This document shows, one piece after another, positions 23,705 to 32,787 of a stretch of 64,000 nt of DNA. The stretch is from the NCBI GenBank assembly GCA_963675595.2, contig CAXXLZ010000002.1:800001-864000 (forward strand). The letters are read 5' to 3'. The notes beneath the pieces are model-generated. The model made no database searches. It saw nothing but the letters and a program-made list of their open reading frames with translations, and had not been told where the DNA came from. Position 1 is the first letter of the stretch. Each line of letters begins with the position of its first letter. This DNA comes from Thermodesulfobacteriota bacterium. Its GTDB lineage: Bacteria; Desulfobacterota; Desulfarculia; JACQYL01. The position numbers and the translations under genes were made by a program.

Positions 23705-24481
23705 TCATCGCCACCGTTTCTTCCGTTTCCATCGCCGATATCCCTTCACCGAGTCATCACCCCGCTCCCCCAAATAGAATTCCCTCACGTCTTCATCCGC
23801 GAGCAGGCTGGAGGAAGGTCCCGACAAAACGAAGCGTCCGTTTTCCATAACATAACCGCAATGGGCGATCTTGAGCGCCATATTGGCGTTCTGTTCGACC
23901 AGCACCAGTGTAACGCACTCGAGATTGATTTCCCGGATGATGCGAAAGATATCCTTCACCAGCAACGGGGACAGCCCCAGACTCGGTTCATCCAACAACA
24001 TGAGCCTGGGCGCGTTCATCAAAGCACGACCCATGGCCAGCATCTGTTGCTCCCCTCCGGAAAGGGTTCCCGCCCACTGGTCCGCCCGTTGTTTCAAAAT
24101 GGGGAAGTACCGAAAAATGCGTTCATAATCCTTCTTTACCATGCCCCGATCTCGGCGGATATAGGCCCCCATCCGAAGGTTTTCCATGACCGAAAGTTCC
24201 TCGAACACCTCCCGACCTTCGGGAACGTAGGAAATCCCCATACGCACGATCACTTCGGGATCCTTACGCTGTATTCGCCTCCCGTCGAATTCGATTTCGC
24301 CTTTGTCCGGCTGGTCGTCCAGAAGTCCCATAATCGTCTTCAGAAGCGTGGACTTTCCCGCCCCGTTGGCCCCGAGGATCGAAGTGATCCGACCCTCCTC
24401 CACGTCCATGGAGACGCCCCTGAGAGCGTAAATCAGGCCGTAGTAAGTCTCGATGTTCTTAACGCTCAGCAGGACGCCCAA
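23705..24481 (-). CDS. livF: Liv-type ABC ATP-binding protein
   Basis: GANGAGKST, VPEGREVF, LSGGEQQMLAMGRALM, LDEPSLGLSP; TTG start assumed. Confidence 0.9.
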   Translation of the reverse strand: MGVLLSVKNIETYYGLIYALRGVSMDVEEGRITSILGANGAGKSTLLKTIMGLLDDQPDKGEIEFDGRRIQRKDPEVIVRMGISYVPEGREVFEELSVMENLRMGAYIRRDRGMVKKDYERIFRYFPILKQRADQWAGTLSGGEQQMLAMGRALMNAPRLMLLDEPSLGLSPLLVKDIFRIIREINLECVTLVLVEQNANMALKIAHCGYVMENGRFVLSGPSSSLLADEDVREFYLGERGDDSVKGYRRWKRKKRWR

Positions 24482-24483
24482 CG

Positions 24484-25266
24484 TCAGTCCTCCGCTCCCA
24501 GGTAGGCGCGCAACACCTCGGGATGGCGCTGAACTTCCAGAGGAGAGCCCTCGGCGACGGCGCGCCCGAAATTGACGCACAGAACCCGGTCCGACACATC
24601 CATCACCATGCGCATATCATGTTCGATCAGTAGAATGGTCACGTCGAATTCGTCTTGTATGTCCCGAATCCAGAAGATCAGGTCCTGTTTTTCCTCGGAG
24701 TTCATGCCCGCCGAAGGTTCGTCCAGCAGCAGCAGCTTGGGTTCGAGCGCCAGAGCCCGCCCGAGTTCGATCAGCTTCCTTACTCCGTAGGGAAGCCCGC
24801 CTACGGGTTGATCACGCGCCGACTGCAGGTCCAGCAGGTCCATGATCTCTTCCACTCTTCGGCGGTGCTCGACCTCTTCCCGCGCGGCAAAGGACTTCCG
24901 CCGGAAAAAGCCGGCTCCACGCCAAACCCCCGTTTTCATATGCACGTGGCGGCCGAGCATCAAATTGTCCACGGTGGACATGCGTGCGAACAATTCGAGA
25001 TTTTGAAAAGTCCTAGCGATGCCCAAACGGGCCCGGCGATGAGGCTTCAGATGGGTGATGTCCGTGCCCGAAAGATGGATTCTTCCCTCCGTGGGCTTGT
25101 ACAATCCACTGATACAGTTGAAGATCGTGGTCTTGCCGGCTCCGTTGGGACCGATGACGGCGTAAACGACCCCCTTTTCCACGTCGAAGGAGATGTCGTC
25201 CACCGCCGTAACCCCACCGAAGCGCATCCGAAGATGCTCAACGGAAAGAAACGAGCTGCTCCCCAT
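24484..25266 (-). CDS. livG: Liv-type ABC ATP-binding protein
   Basis: FGGVTAV, GPNGAGKTT, IARTFQN, LDEPSAGMN, IEHDM, AYLG. Confidence 0.92.
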   Translation of the reverse strand: MGSSSFLSVEHLRMRFGGVTAVDDISFDVEKGVVYAVIGPNGAGKTTIFNCISGLYKPTEGRIHLSGTDITHLKPHRRARLGIARTFQNLELFARMSTVDNLMLGRHVHMKTGVWRGAGFFRRKSFAAREEVEHRRRVEEIMDLLDLQSARDQPVGGLPYGVRKLIELGRALALEPKLLLLDEPSAGMNSEEKQDLIFWIRDIQDEFDVTILLIEHDMRMVMDVSDRVLCVNFGRAVAEGSPLEVQRHPEVLRAYLGAED

Positions 25267-25389
25267 CTTCAGATTCCTCGACAGGCGACCAAGAGTGGAA
25301 AATCGTATAAGGAGGCTTCAGGATACCAAACGGAAGAGCGGTCCGATCCCGGAGCCCCCTCCAAAATCCCTCAGCGGTTCTCCCCTTCA

Positions 25390-26262
25390 TCAAACCTTTC
25401 GCACATAATGCCTGGAAAACAGGCCGCTGGGCCGGAAACACAAGACGAGAACGATTACGAAAAACGCCACCACTGATTTGAATTCGAGAGACACATAGGC
25501 CCCAAAAAGATTTTCGATGATCCCCAAGAGGTATCCTCCCACAGCCGCTCCCGGGAGCGATGTCATCCCGCCCAAGACCGCCGACGCGAACCCTTTCAGC
25601 AAAGGATCCAGCATGAGGTTCGGGTCCAGGGTGGCAACCGGGGCCAGAAGCATTCCGGCCACGGCCCCGATGACGGAGCTCAAGGCCCAGGTGATGGAAA
25701 GAATCCGATTGGTCCGGATGCCGTTGATCCTCGCGGCCATACGGTTCTGCTGCATGGCTTTCATGGCCACGCCGGTTTTTGAATAACGAAAGAACAAGGT
25801 CAACAGGAGCATGACTCCCACCGCAGTCAGGAAAGTGACGATGTTCAGCTTGCTCACCACCACGTCACCGAGGCGCACGATGTCGAAATCCGACACGGGA
25901 AAGGCGAAATCCTTCTGATCCGCACCCCACCTCCAACTCGCCACCCCATAGAGGATCATCTCGAAGCCCAAGGTAATGATGATCAGGCCGAGAACATTGG
26001 GTTCCTTTGCTCGGCGCAGGAAGGCGAACTCCAGGAACGCCCCCAGCACCGCGGCAAAAGCAAGCGCCCCCACCACGGCGTAAAGGAAAGACCACCCGGC
26101 TGCGCCCAGAAGGGAATAAGCCACGAATGTCGACACCATGGCCATTTCCCCCTGACCGAAATTCGGCACTTCCGAGGTCTTGTAGATGATCACCATGGCC
26201 AGGGCGATAAGCGCATAAACGCTCCCCATGGCCATCCCACTGACCACCAATTGCATCAACAC
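25390..26262 (-). CDS. livH: Liv-type ABC permease
   Basis: GSVYALIALAMVIIY, NFGQGE, FASAVLGG, RPSGLF. Confidence 0.9.
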   Translation of the reverse strand: MLMQLVVSGMAMGSVYALIALAMVIIYKTSEVPNFGQGEMAMVSTFVAYSLLGAAGWSFLYAVVGALAFAAVLGAFLEFAFLRRAKEPNVLGLIIITLGFEMILYGVASWRWGADQKDFAFPVSDFDIVRLGDVVVSKLNIVTFLTAVGVMLLLTLFFRYSKTGVAMKAMQQNRMAARINGIRTNRILSITWALSSVIGAVAGMLLAPVATLDPNLMLDPLLKGFASAVLGGMTSLPGAAVGGYLLGIIENLFGAYVSLEFKSVVAFFVIVLVLCFRPSGLFSRHYVRKV

Positions 26263-26322
26263 ACGCCCGTTCCTCCCAAGACGACAAAGGTGAACCCGGC
26301 CGAGCGGGCCATAGAACCATGC

Positions 26323-27372
26323 TTAAAAGGGCCAGGTTTTCCAGTACTTTTTTGTGCGAATCCAGAATCCGTAAAGGCCCATGGGCTCGAACACCATGAT
26401 CGCGATGAGAATCAGTCCGAAAATAATGCCGGACACGTTGGGCAGGCCGCTCACACTCATCCAGCGCTCACTGATGGTGAGCAGCACCCCGCCCACCAGA
26501 GGCAGTTCCTGTACCGCGTCCAATTTAAGCATCAGGATGGTGAACAGAATGCCTCCGAGCACGGAGCCCAGGATCGAACCCACTCCTCCCACCACGACCA
26601 TTCCAAGAAACAGAATGGACAAAATGAAAGTGAAGGAATGAGGGTTGATAAAGCCCAGAACGAACGCCATGAGTCCGCCCGCTATCCCAGTGTAGAAGGC
26701 GCTTATCGCAAAGGCGAGGGTCTTGTACACGGTAAGATCGACCCCCATGGTTTCAGCCGCGATATCGCTTTCCCTTATGGCGATGAACGCGCGTCCGACG
26801 CGGGTTTTCAGCAGGTTGCGCGCCGCCAGGCCCAGTATCACCGTAATGGGAATAATAATCGCGTAAAGGGCCCGGTCGCCGGAACAGTCGTGGCCCAACA
26901 AGGTGATGTGGGGCGCCTGGAGGCCCATACGTCCCCCGAATGCCCCCCATCTGCCGATGACCTGCGTAACGGCCATGCCGAATCCCAAGGTGGCGATAGC
27001 CAAATAGGGTCCTTCCAGGCGAAGTGCGGGGATTCCCAGCAGGAACCCGAAAAACGCGGAGATGAACCCTCCCGCGGCCAGCGCGGGAAACAACGGCACT
27101 CCGGCTTTCGTCATGAGGAGCACGGTCGAGTAGGACCCGATGGCGAAAAAACCCGCATGCCCCAGAGATATCTGCCCGGTGTACCCCACCAGAATATTCA
27201 AGCCGATGGCTACGATCACGTTGATGGCCATGTAGTTGGCCATGTAAAGATAGTAATTGGGCGCGAAGAAGGGAAAGACCGCCAACGAGGCGAGAAGAAG
27301 GAGGAGACGGACCGCCGCCGCCCTGGAATTCAACAGCTGGACATCTTCATAGTAGTCGCGTTTCATGTCCAT
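26323..27372 (-). CDS. livM: Liv-type ABC permease
   Basis: GLNILVGYTGQISLGHAGFFAIG, LRLEGPYLAIATL, GRAFIAIRES. Confidence 0.92.
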   Translation of the reverse strand: MDMKRDYYEDVQLLNSRAAAVRLLLLLASLAVFPFFAPNYYLYMANYMAINVIVAIGLNILVGYTGQISLGHAGFFAIGSYSTVLLMTKAGVPLFPALAAGGFISAFFGFLLGIPALRLEGPYLAIATLGFGMAVTQVIGRWGAFGGRMGLQAPHITLLGHDCSGDRALYAIIIPITVILGLAARNLLKTRVGRAFIAIRESDIAAETMGVDLTVYKTLAFAISAFYTGIAGGLMAFVLGFINPHSFTFILSILFLGMVVVGGVGSILGSVLGGILFTILMLKLDAVQELPLVGGVLLTISERWMSVSGLPNVSGIIFGLILIAIMVFEPMGLYGFWIRTKKYWKTWPF

Positions 27373-27800
27373 GGGAACACCCCGAAGAAGCCCCCGTTAA
27401 CAGGGCTCGCAGAAGCGAAGGAGGTTGAAGCCACGACGTATGCGCGTTCCATTGGGCTGTTTTAAAGTGACCTAATTCGAATCAGCTATCCTCCGACTTT
27501 GTAGAATAAATTCTGGATAACGCATCGCGAAGAGAATTGCAAGACCGGTCCGTGCCGGAGAGCACTTTCCCAACAGCGAGAGAATGCTGAAAAGGATCCG
27601 GGCAATCCGGGCGTGACCGCTTGACCGCATGCTGTCTTGACGATTTGACGAAGCGATCCTCCCTCCGATTCCTCCGATTCTTCCGACGGTCGAGGGCCTC
27701 GGAATTCCGTCACAGCGCCGTCGCCCCAACTTAAGTCCGCTCCGACACTGGGATGAGGCAAATATGGGTACCTGATTCACAGGGCGCATCAAGGTTTTAC

Positions 27801-27828
27801 TTGACAGTCCTCAGGAAGGAGTTATGAT
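27801..27828 (+). promoter_or_regulatory. Sigma70-type promoter upstream of riboswitch 1
   Basis: TTGACA-N16-TATGAT. Confidence 0.65.
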
Positions 27829-27854
27829 AAATTAAACAAGTGGTTATTTGTGCG

Positions 27855-27932
27855 TTTCGTAAAAAGCCAAACCCGTCGTGAGGCGGGGACGGAAAGCCAC
27901 GGGTCTTAGGAAAGATCGCCGGGTTGCACTCA
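27855..27932 (+). ncRNA. Cyclic di-GMP-I (GEMM-I) riboswitch aptamer
   Basis: AAAAGCCAAACCCGTC-GTGA-GGCGGGGACGGAAAGCCACGGGTCT..AGATCGCCGGGTTGC fits the GEMM-I consensus; G at the position-20 equivalent (27866). Confidence 0.92.
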
Positions 27933-27950
27933 CGCAGCCCGGCGTTTTTT
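27917..27950 (+). terminator. Riboswitch expression-platform terminator
   Basis: CGCCGGGTTGC-ACTCAC-GCAGCCCGGCG-TTTTTT; 5' arm is the aptamer 3' strand. Confidence 0.85.
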
Positions 27951-27973
27951 ATTGGGGGGGAAGGAGGACCGAG

Positions 27974-28678
27974 ATGGAAAAGAACAAAACAGGACCGAAC
28001 AGGTTCCGTCTGACAATCATCGTGCTGGTGTTGCTGATGTCCTCCGTAACTCCCGGAAAAAGCGATGCTTCCATCATCGCCGTGGGTGACATAGTGAACG
28101 GTCTCGAGCTGTCGTTTGTCTACGGAGCGTTGGGAGAACCCATCACCCGCATGGTGGGAGAGTTTCCCGTACTCGTGGACGGCTTCTCCACCGTGGCTTT
28201 CTGCGTGGATATCTATCAGAGCGCCAATCTGTTCGCACCCTATGAACCGGACTTGGGAATGGGCTCTTTGGAGGAGAACCAGGACCAAGTCGCTTGGTTG
28301 ATGAACGAGTTCGCTCCCGGACTCGGAGGGCAGGCTTCGGGATACAGAGGGACTTACAGCGCAAGTATCGCCGGTGCGGCTCTCCAGGTAGCCATCTGGG
28401 AGCTTCTATACGACGACCTGTTCACGCTGGAGAGTTCCGGTGCGGTGAAGCCGTTGGCGGACTGGTATCTCGATCAACTGGCCCTTCAAACCGATTTCAC
28501 GGGCGACCTCGACTTCCAGTTCGCCGTTGCCAAGGACTCCAAGTATCAGGATATGATGGTGGCCCTCCCCGACGCTTCGGAACAGCCGGTCCCGCTTCCC
28601 GGCGCCGCGTGGCTGTTCATGAGCGGCCTGACCGGCCTACTCGCCATGCGAAAGAGTCTGAAAAGAGGACGGAATTAA
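27974..28678 (+). CDS. VPLPA-CTERM (PEP-CTERM family) surface protein with a putative thioester domain
   Basis: RBS AAGGAGG, signal peptide, FCVD / ALQVAIW / YQDMM motifs, C-terminal VPLPGAAWLFMSGLTGLLAMRKSLKR. Confidence 0.9.
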   Translation: MEKNKTGPNRFRLTIIVLVLLMSSVTPGKSDASIIAVGDIVNGLELSFVYGALGEPITRMVGEFPVLVDGFSTVAFCVDIYQSANLFAPYEPDLGMGSLEENQDQVAWLMNEFAPGLGGQASGYRGTYSASIAGAALQVAIWELLYDDLFTLESSGAVKPLADWYLDQLALQTDFTGDLDFQFAVAKDSKYQDMMVALPDASEQPVPLPGAAWLFMSGLTGLLAMRKSLKRGRN

Positions 28679-28703
28679 TCAGGAAGCGTCGAGAAATTTG
28701 CAT

Positions 28704-28735
28704 GAGGGCGAACCCGGAGTTCGCCCTCTTTTTTT
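28704..28735 (+). terminator. Intrinsic terminator
   Basis: GAGGGCGAAC-CCGGA-GTTCGCCCTC-TTTTTTT. Confidence 0.9.
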
Positions 28736-28949
28736 GGAAACCCACGGAATCGAGGGAATCACCCGCTTGATTTCGCGACTCCTCCGAGGTTAGGATTCCG
28801 CTGATCATTACCTCAACGGCGTTTTTAAGAACTCGACGATGGACGACCCTGCCCGCCCCCCGAGGTCACGGCTCCGGGACATACCGTGACGGGAAAGCAT
28901 TCCGGTCCCCGTGGGGTTTCATTCGGGACACGGTCGCCGACGGTTTTCA

Positions 28950-29459
28950 ATGAGACATTTTCCCTATCCTTTGCGTCATCCGCGTGCCGTGTTGCCACTG
29001 GTAATCGTCTTCTTTTTATTGCTTCCCACCGTTGCCGCCGCATTCCCCAACGAACCTACACAGGGCTACGAAGACTTGCCGTGGGGCCGGCGTATCAACC
29101 TTTGCTACGATATGGAATTCTTCAACGTGATGGGTCAAACCCGGCTTTATACGCGGCTTCATAATAGGAGATTCCCGGCGAGAGCCGAAGTGACGCGAGC
29201 CCTGTATGGTTTTAATGAGGGTCGCTTTTTCTTCGTTGCTTTGAGCTTTGAAAGCGAGGAGGACTATCGTCTGGTTTCCGATTATCTAAGGAAGCAACAC
29301 GGACCTTCCGATTCGGCCGGAAAGGGAGACGAAACCCAAGTATGGGAAGGAAGTAAAGTCCTGATCACCCTCAAGCACGAGCCCAAAACCCTAAAAACAA
29401 CGCTTACTTATCACTATATTCCCATCGCTTTGGAATCGGCCGGTGAGGCGGGGAGATAG
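28950..29459 (+). CDS. Hypothetical exported protein
   Basis: Hydrophobic signal ending AAA-FPNEP, GYEDLPWG motif, YGF..GRFF, HGPS..W. Confidence 0.65.
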   Translation: MRHFPYPLRHPRAVLPLVIVFFLLLPTVAAAFPNEPTQGYEDLPWGRRINLCYDMEFFNVMGQTRLYTRLHNRRFPARAEVTRALYGFNEGRFFFVALSFESEEDYRLVSDYLRKQHGPSDSAGKGDETQVWEGSKVLITLKHEPKTLKTTLTYHYIPIALESAGEAGR

Positions 29460-29605
29460 CGCCCGGATCGCAAGACGTTGCGGGATTCTTCGCCCGCTGA
29501 TTCCAGGCTCAAACGAACCATGAGTCCGGGCGGCCTTTGGGAGGCCGTCCGGAAAAAATACGAAAAAAAGAACCTTGGACACGCCGTCCATCAGGAGACC
29601 GTATC

Positions 29606-29995
29606 ATGAAAAAGCTCGCCCTCCTCTGTATGCTGGTCCTATCCACTTGTATTCTCACGCAAACATCGAGCTCCGCAGGGGACAGGGTAATCTTCTTCGC
29701 CCAAGGCTTTCTCACGGGGGCTGATTTCCTCAATATGTCCGAAGACCAAAGACAATTGCACACCATCGGGTTCTACAACGGAGTCACCATGTCTCCGTTC
29801 TTCGTGAAGGAGGGCGGGGACTACGTGGACTGGTTCAAGCGATTGCCCGCTACCGGACTCCGGGTCTCCGATATGCGGAAAATGATTACCGAATACATTC
29901 AGGCCGACCCCGCACGGGCCAAACAAGCCTTGAACACCTTGTGCTGGGAGGCGCTCAAAAAGGGGCTTGAAAAGACTGAAAGCGGTTCAAAATAG
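29606..29995 (+). CDS. Hypothetical exported protein
   Basis: RBS AGGAG, signal peptide MKKLALLCMLVL, mostly helical small domain. Confidence 0.7.
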   Translation: MKKLALLCMLVLSTCILTQTSSSAGDRVIFFAQGFLTGADFLNMSEDQRQLHTIGFYNGVTMSPFFVKEGGDYVDWFKRLPATGLRVSDMRKMITEYIQADPARAKQALNTLCWEALKKGLEKTESGSK

Positions 29996-30191
29996 CGCTC
30001 CCCCGCTTTGTGTGATGCGGCCGGAAGACGCCTTCCACTCATGATCGAGGAAAAAGGCGAACCTTTTTTCCGGCAGGTGGGTAACCGTTGAACATGCCCG
30101 GAGCGCACAGTCCCGGCAAACGGCAGCAAAAAGGCGGTCTCCGGAGGATTCCGGCGCCGCCTTTTCAGTGGATGCCTGCGCGGGAAGTTCG

Positions 30192-30797
30192 CTATCTTCT
30201 GAATCTTCGCGCGGCTCCCATGAGGAACACCAGGCCTGAACCCAACAGCCACGCTGCGCCGGGCAGCGGGACCGGCTCCGCGATTAGAGTTACCGTGGCG
30301 TCAACACAGTCCGTCCCTGCGGGACTCAGCAAGCCCCGATACGAGGCGTTGCTGAGCGAAATGCTGAACTTGCCTCCGTCACCGAAACTCACTTCGACCG
30401 GGCCTTCCCACGTCACGTCCCATCCCTGCACTGTGCCAAAAAACAGGCTGACCCCCAAAGACGTTCCCACGACGCCTTCCTCCAAATCGGGATTGTCGAA
30501 ATCCAGAGTGGCGATGAGTTTGCCGGGATTCGTGTCGTCTTCGCCCGGGTTGACCCAACTCTCAGTGGTGCCGATAGTGGCGAAGTGGAATGTGTAGGAC
30601 TCACCCACTCCCAAAGTGAAGGATTCCGCGTCCAGACCGGGATTCAATTCCAAAACGTCCATTTCGAGGACCGTATCCGTGTCTCCCACAAACACCAGGG
30701 AGGACAGGGAACCCAGCTCAAAAGTATAGGCTCCGGCGACTCCGCAGAGCCCAAAAGTCAGAACCAGCACGGAAAAAACCGTCGCCGCCTTTTTCAT
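30192..30797 (-). CDS. VPLPA-CTERM (PEP-CTERM family) surface protein
   Basis: Signal peptide MKKAATVF..AGA, acidic beta-rich body, C-terminal VPLPGAAWLLGSGLVFLMGAARRFRR. Confidence 0.9.
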   Translation of the reverse strand: MKKAATVFSVLVLTFGLCGVAGAYTFELGSLSSLVFVGDTDTVLEMDVLELNPGLDAESFTLGVGESYTFHFATIGTTESWVNPGEDDTNPGKLIATLDFDNPDLEEGVVGTSLGVSLFFGTVQGWDVTWEGPVEVSFGDGGKFSISLSNASYRGLLSPAGTDCVDATVTLIAEPVPLPGAAWLLGSGLVFLMGAARRFRR

Positions 30798-30942
30798 TTT
30801 ATCTCTCCCTTTCATGATTCTTCAGAGGATTCCGTCCGGACTCTCAAAGCGGACCGGACCCCCGACACGGACTTTTCCCATGGAATGATCCCGAGAGGCC
30901 TCGCGCTGCAATTCTTTCTGTGGGACAACGGGAAACGCAATA

Positions 30943-30984
30943 AGAAAACGGCCGGGTTACCTTTCCGCTTAGGCAACCCGGCCG
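30943..30984 (-). terminator. Riboswitch expression-platform terminator
   Basis: Minus strand CGGCCGGGTTGCC-TAAGCGGAAA-GGTAACCCGGCCG-TTTTCT overlapping the aptamer 3' strand. Confidence 0.85.
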
Positions 30985-31045
30985 TCTCGTAAAGACCCGT
31001 GGGCTTTCCGTCCCCAACTCGCGATGGGTTTGGCTTTTTCTAGCA
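30968..31045 (-). ncRNA. Cyclic di-GMP-I (GEMM-I) riboswitch aptamer
   Basis: Minus strand AAAAAGCCAAACCCATC-GCGA-GTTGGGGACGGAAAGCCCACGGGTCT..AGACGGCCGGGTTGCC; G at the position-20 equivalent (31034). Confidence 0.93.
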
Positions 31046-31057
31046 AATTTATTGTAT

Positions 31058-31072
31058 ACAAATAGCGTGCCA
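31058..31072 (-). promoter_or_regulatory. Sigma54 (-24/-12) promoter upstream of riboswitch 2
   Basis: Minus strand TGGCACG-CTAT-TTGT; IHF-like TTTCAATTAGTTA (one mismatch) at 31099-31111. Confidence 0.7.
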
Positions 31073-31439
31073 TAGCACAACAATATCTATGGCTGTTATT
31101 TCAATTAGTTAGATTGCCACAGCTCTATCAAAAAGGATAAAAAACCGGAAATCGGGTCCCGGATACGGAATTTGTCGGGAACCAATTCCATACACGCCCC
31201 AAAATCCGGAGGCCCCGGTTTCGCCTGCGCGCGCCTTCCGTCGCCGACTCCGAAAGGTTGAAGAGATTGATTTAAGCTCGGTATCGGGCTAAGAACAGCC
31301 GAGTCGATCTGCAGTCAAGGATATTCGCTATTAGACGGGGCGTGGGCCGAATCTCACATCGGATGGAAGAGCGTGGCGGTTCCGTTCCGCCGATGGCATC
31401 CCCCGGGTGCGTGCACGGCCCTCGATGGAGGGGACGACG

Positions 31440-31871
31440 ATGGTTTACGACGACGTAAAGAACAGGATCATCCGAATCGCCAATGAGTATCGGAAGATCA
31501 AAGATGCTTTCGGAATGTTTATGAACCACGTCCACGAAATCATCCATGAGGAAGAGATCGGGTTGTCCATCGTGGGGGAGACCGACAACTCCCTTCAACT
31601 CAAATATCTGGACGTGGACGTCTCTTTCGAGCTGTCCATGATCTTGGTCGACAAGGAGATTCCCTACGGACTCGTAGGCATGCTTCGAGCGCCGGAGAAC
31701 CCGTCCGCCGCACCCGCGATCGTAAAACAATTTTACATCGGACCCTCGGGCAATATGAAATGGGAGGTCGGTGATGCGGTCCCGTTCACCAATATTACCC
31801 ATAAGGAAGGGGGATATCGTTTGCTGCTATTCCTCCTGAATCGCTTTCTCGACTCGGGCGAATTCCACTGA
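31440..31871 (+). CDS. Hypothetical protein
   Basis: RBS GGAGGG, coding-like composition, no recognised motif. Confidence 0.7.
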   Translation: MVYDDVKNRIIRIANEYRKIKDAFGMFMNHVHEIIHEEEIGLSIVGETDNSLQLKYLDVDVSFELSMILVDKEIPYGLVGMLRAPENPSAAPAIVKQFYIGPSGNMKWEVGDAVPFTNITHKEGGYRLLLFLLNRFLDSGEFH

Positions 31872-32609
31872 GGATCCTTCCGTTTCCGACCGGCTTTTCG
31901 AGACCGGTTCGAAGCGATGGACGGAATCGGCATCTTCATCCGACAGGGCGCGATAGGTAAACACGATACGTCGGATGATGGTCACGGTTTGAAAGAGGCA
32001 AATCAGGCCCAATCCGAATTGCAGATGTCCGATCAGGCCGAAGTAGCACAGCAGAAAGATCCTCTCCGGGCGACCGCCCAGAAACCCTACCTCGCAAAGC
32101 CGAATTTGAGTTTCCGCCTTGGCGCGTGAATAGCTGACCACTAAGGCCGTCACCAGACCGTACAGGGCCAAGCCCCCCCCCACCGGCGATCCCGTCATGA
32201 ACATGTGGAACGCGATCCCCGAAAAAATGAAACCGTCGGCAATGCGATCGAGAACCGAATCCAGAAATCCGCCGAATTTTGTTGTCAGATTGTGTTTGCG
32301 GGCGAGCAGGCCGTCCCATAAGTCCAGAAGACCGGTGAGCCAACACGCGAAACCCCCTTCCGCCACATGACCTCCGGCGAAAAGGAGCGCTGAGGCAATA
32401 GAGAACAGAAGGCCGGAGAGAGTCACCTGATTCGGTATAATCTTCAGGCGGTGAAAAAAGTCCACAATGGGGTTGGAAGCGAAGCTCGCAGCCACGAATA
32501 GGAAAGTGGTGCCGAGAACCACACGAGGAAGATCGAAAATGATGCCCGTCACAGCCGGCAACACGACGGCGAAAACTAGGAGCGACCATTTGGGCACTCT
32601 GTGAAACAT
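31827..32609 (-). CDS. CDP-alcohol phosphatidyltransferase family protein
   Basis: PNQVT, signature DLWDGLLAR...GGFLDSVLDRIAD, SYSRAKAE; start uncertain. Confidence 0.88.
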   Translation of the reverse strand: MFHRVPKWSLLVFAVVLPAVTGIIFDLPRVVLGTTFLFVAASFASNPIVDFFHRLKIIPNQVTLSGLLFSIASALLFAGGHVAEGGFACWLTGLLDLWDGLLARKHNLTTKFGGFLDSVLDRIADGFIFSGIAFHMFMTGSPVGGGLALYGLVTALVVSYSRAKAETQIRLCEVGFLGGRPERIFLLCYFGLIGHLQFGLGLICLFQTVTIIRRIVFTYRALSDEDADSVHRFEPVSKSRSETEGSSVEFARVEKAIQEE

Positions 32610-32787
32610 GGTTTGGTATTTTGAATACATACACGAAAACGGGTTTTGGTCCCTCCGGATGCCCCGAGGCGACGTTCGTGGTGCAGAAAATGATCCCCAA
32701 CCCGATCGATGGAAAGGCATGTATTATAGCATAATGGTCCGTTGAGTGACAGGATTGCTGGGGGGCCGGCCGACCGGCCCCGAGAAT

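Noticed and set aside
27663-27687. Short tandem CTCCGATTC repeat
   Set aside because: Under three units with no spacers; not CRISPR-like and no evident function
27855-31045. Possibility that the two GEMM-I aptamers are cGAMP-sensing (GEMM-Ib)
   Set aside because: Both have G, not A, at the position-20 equivalent (27866 and 31034)
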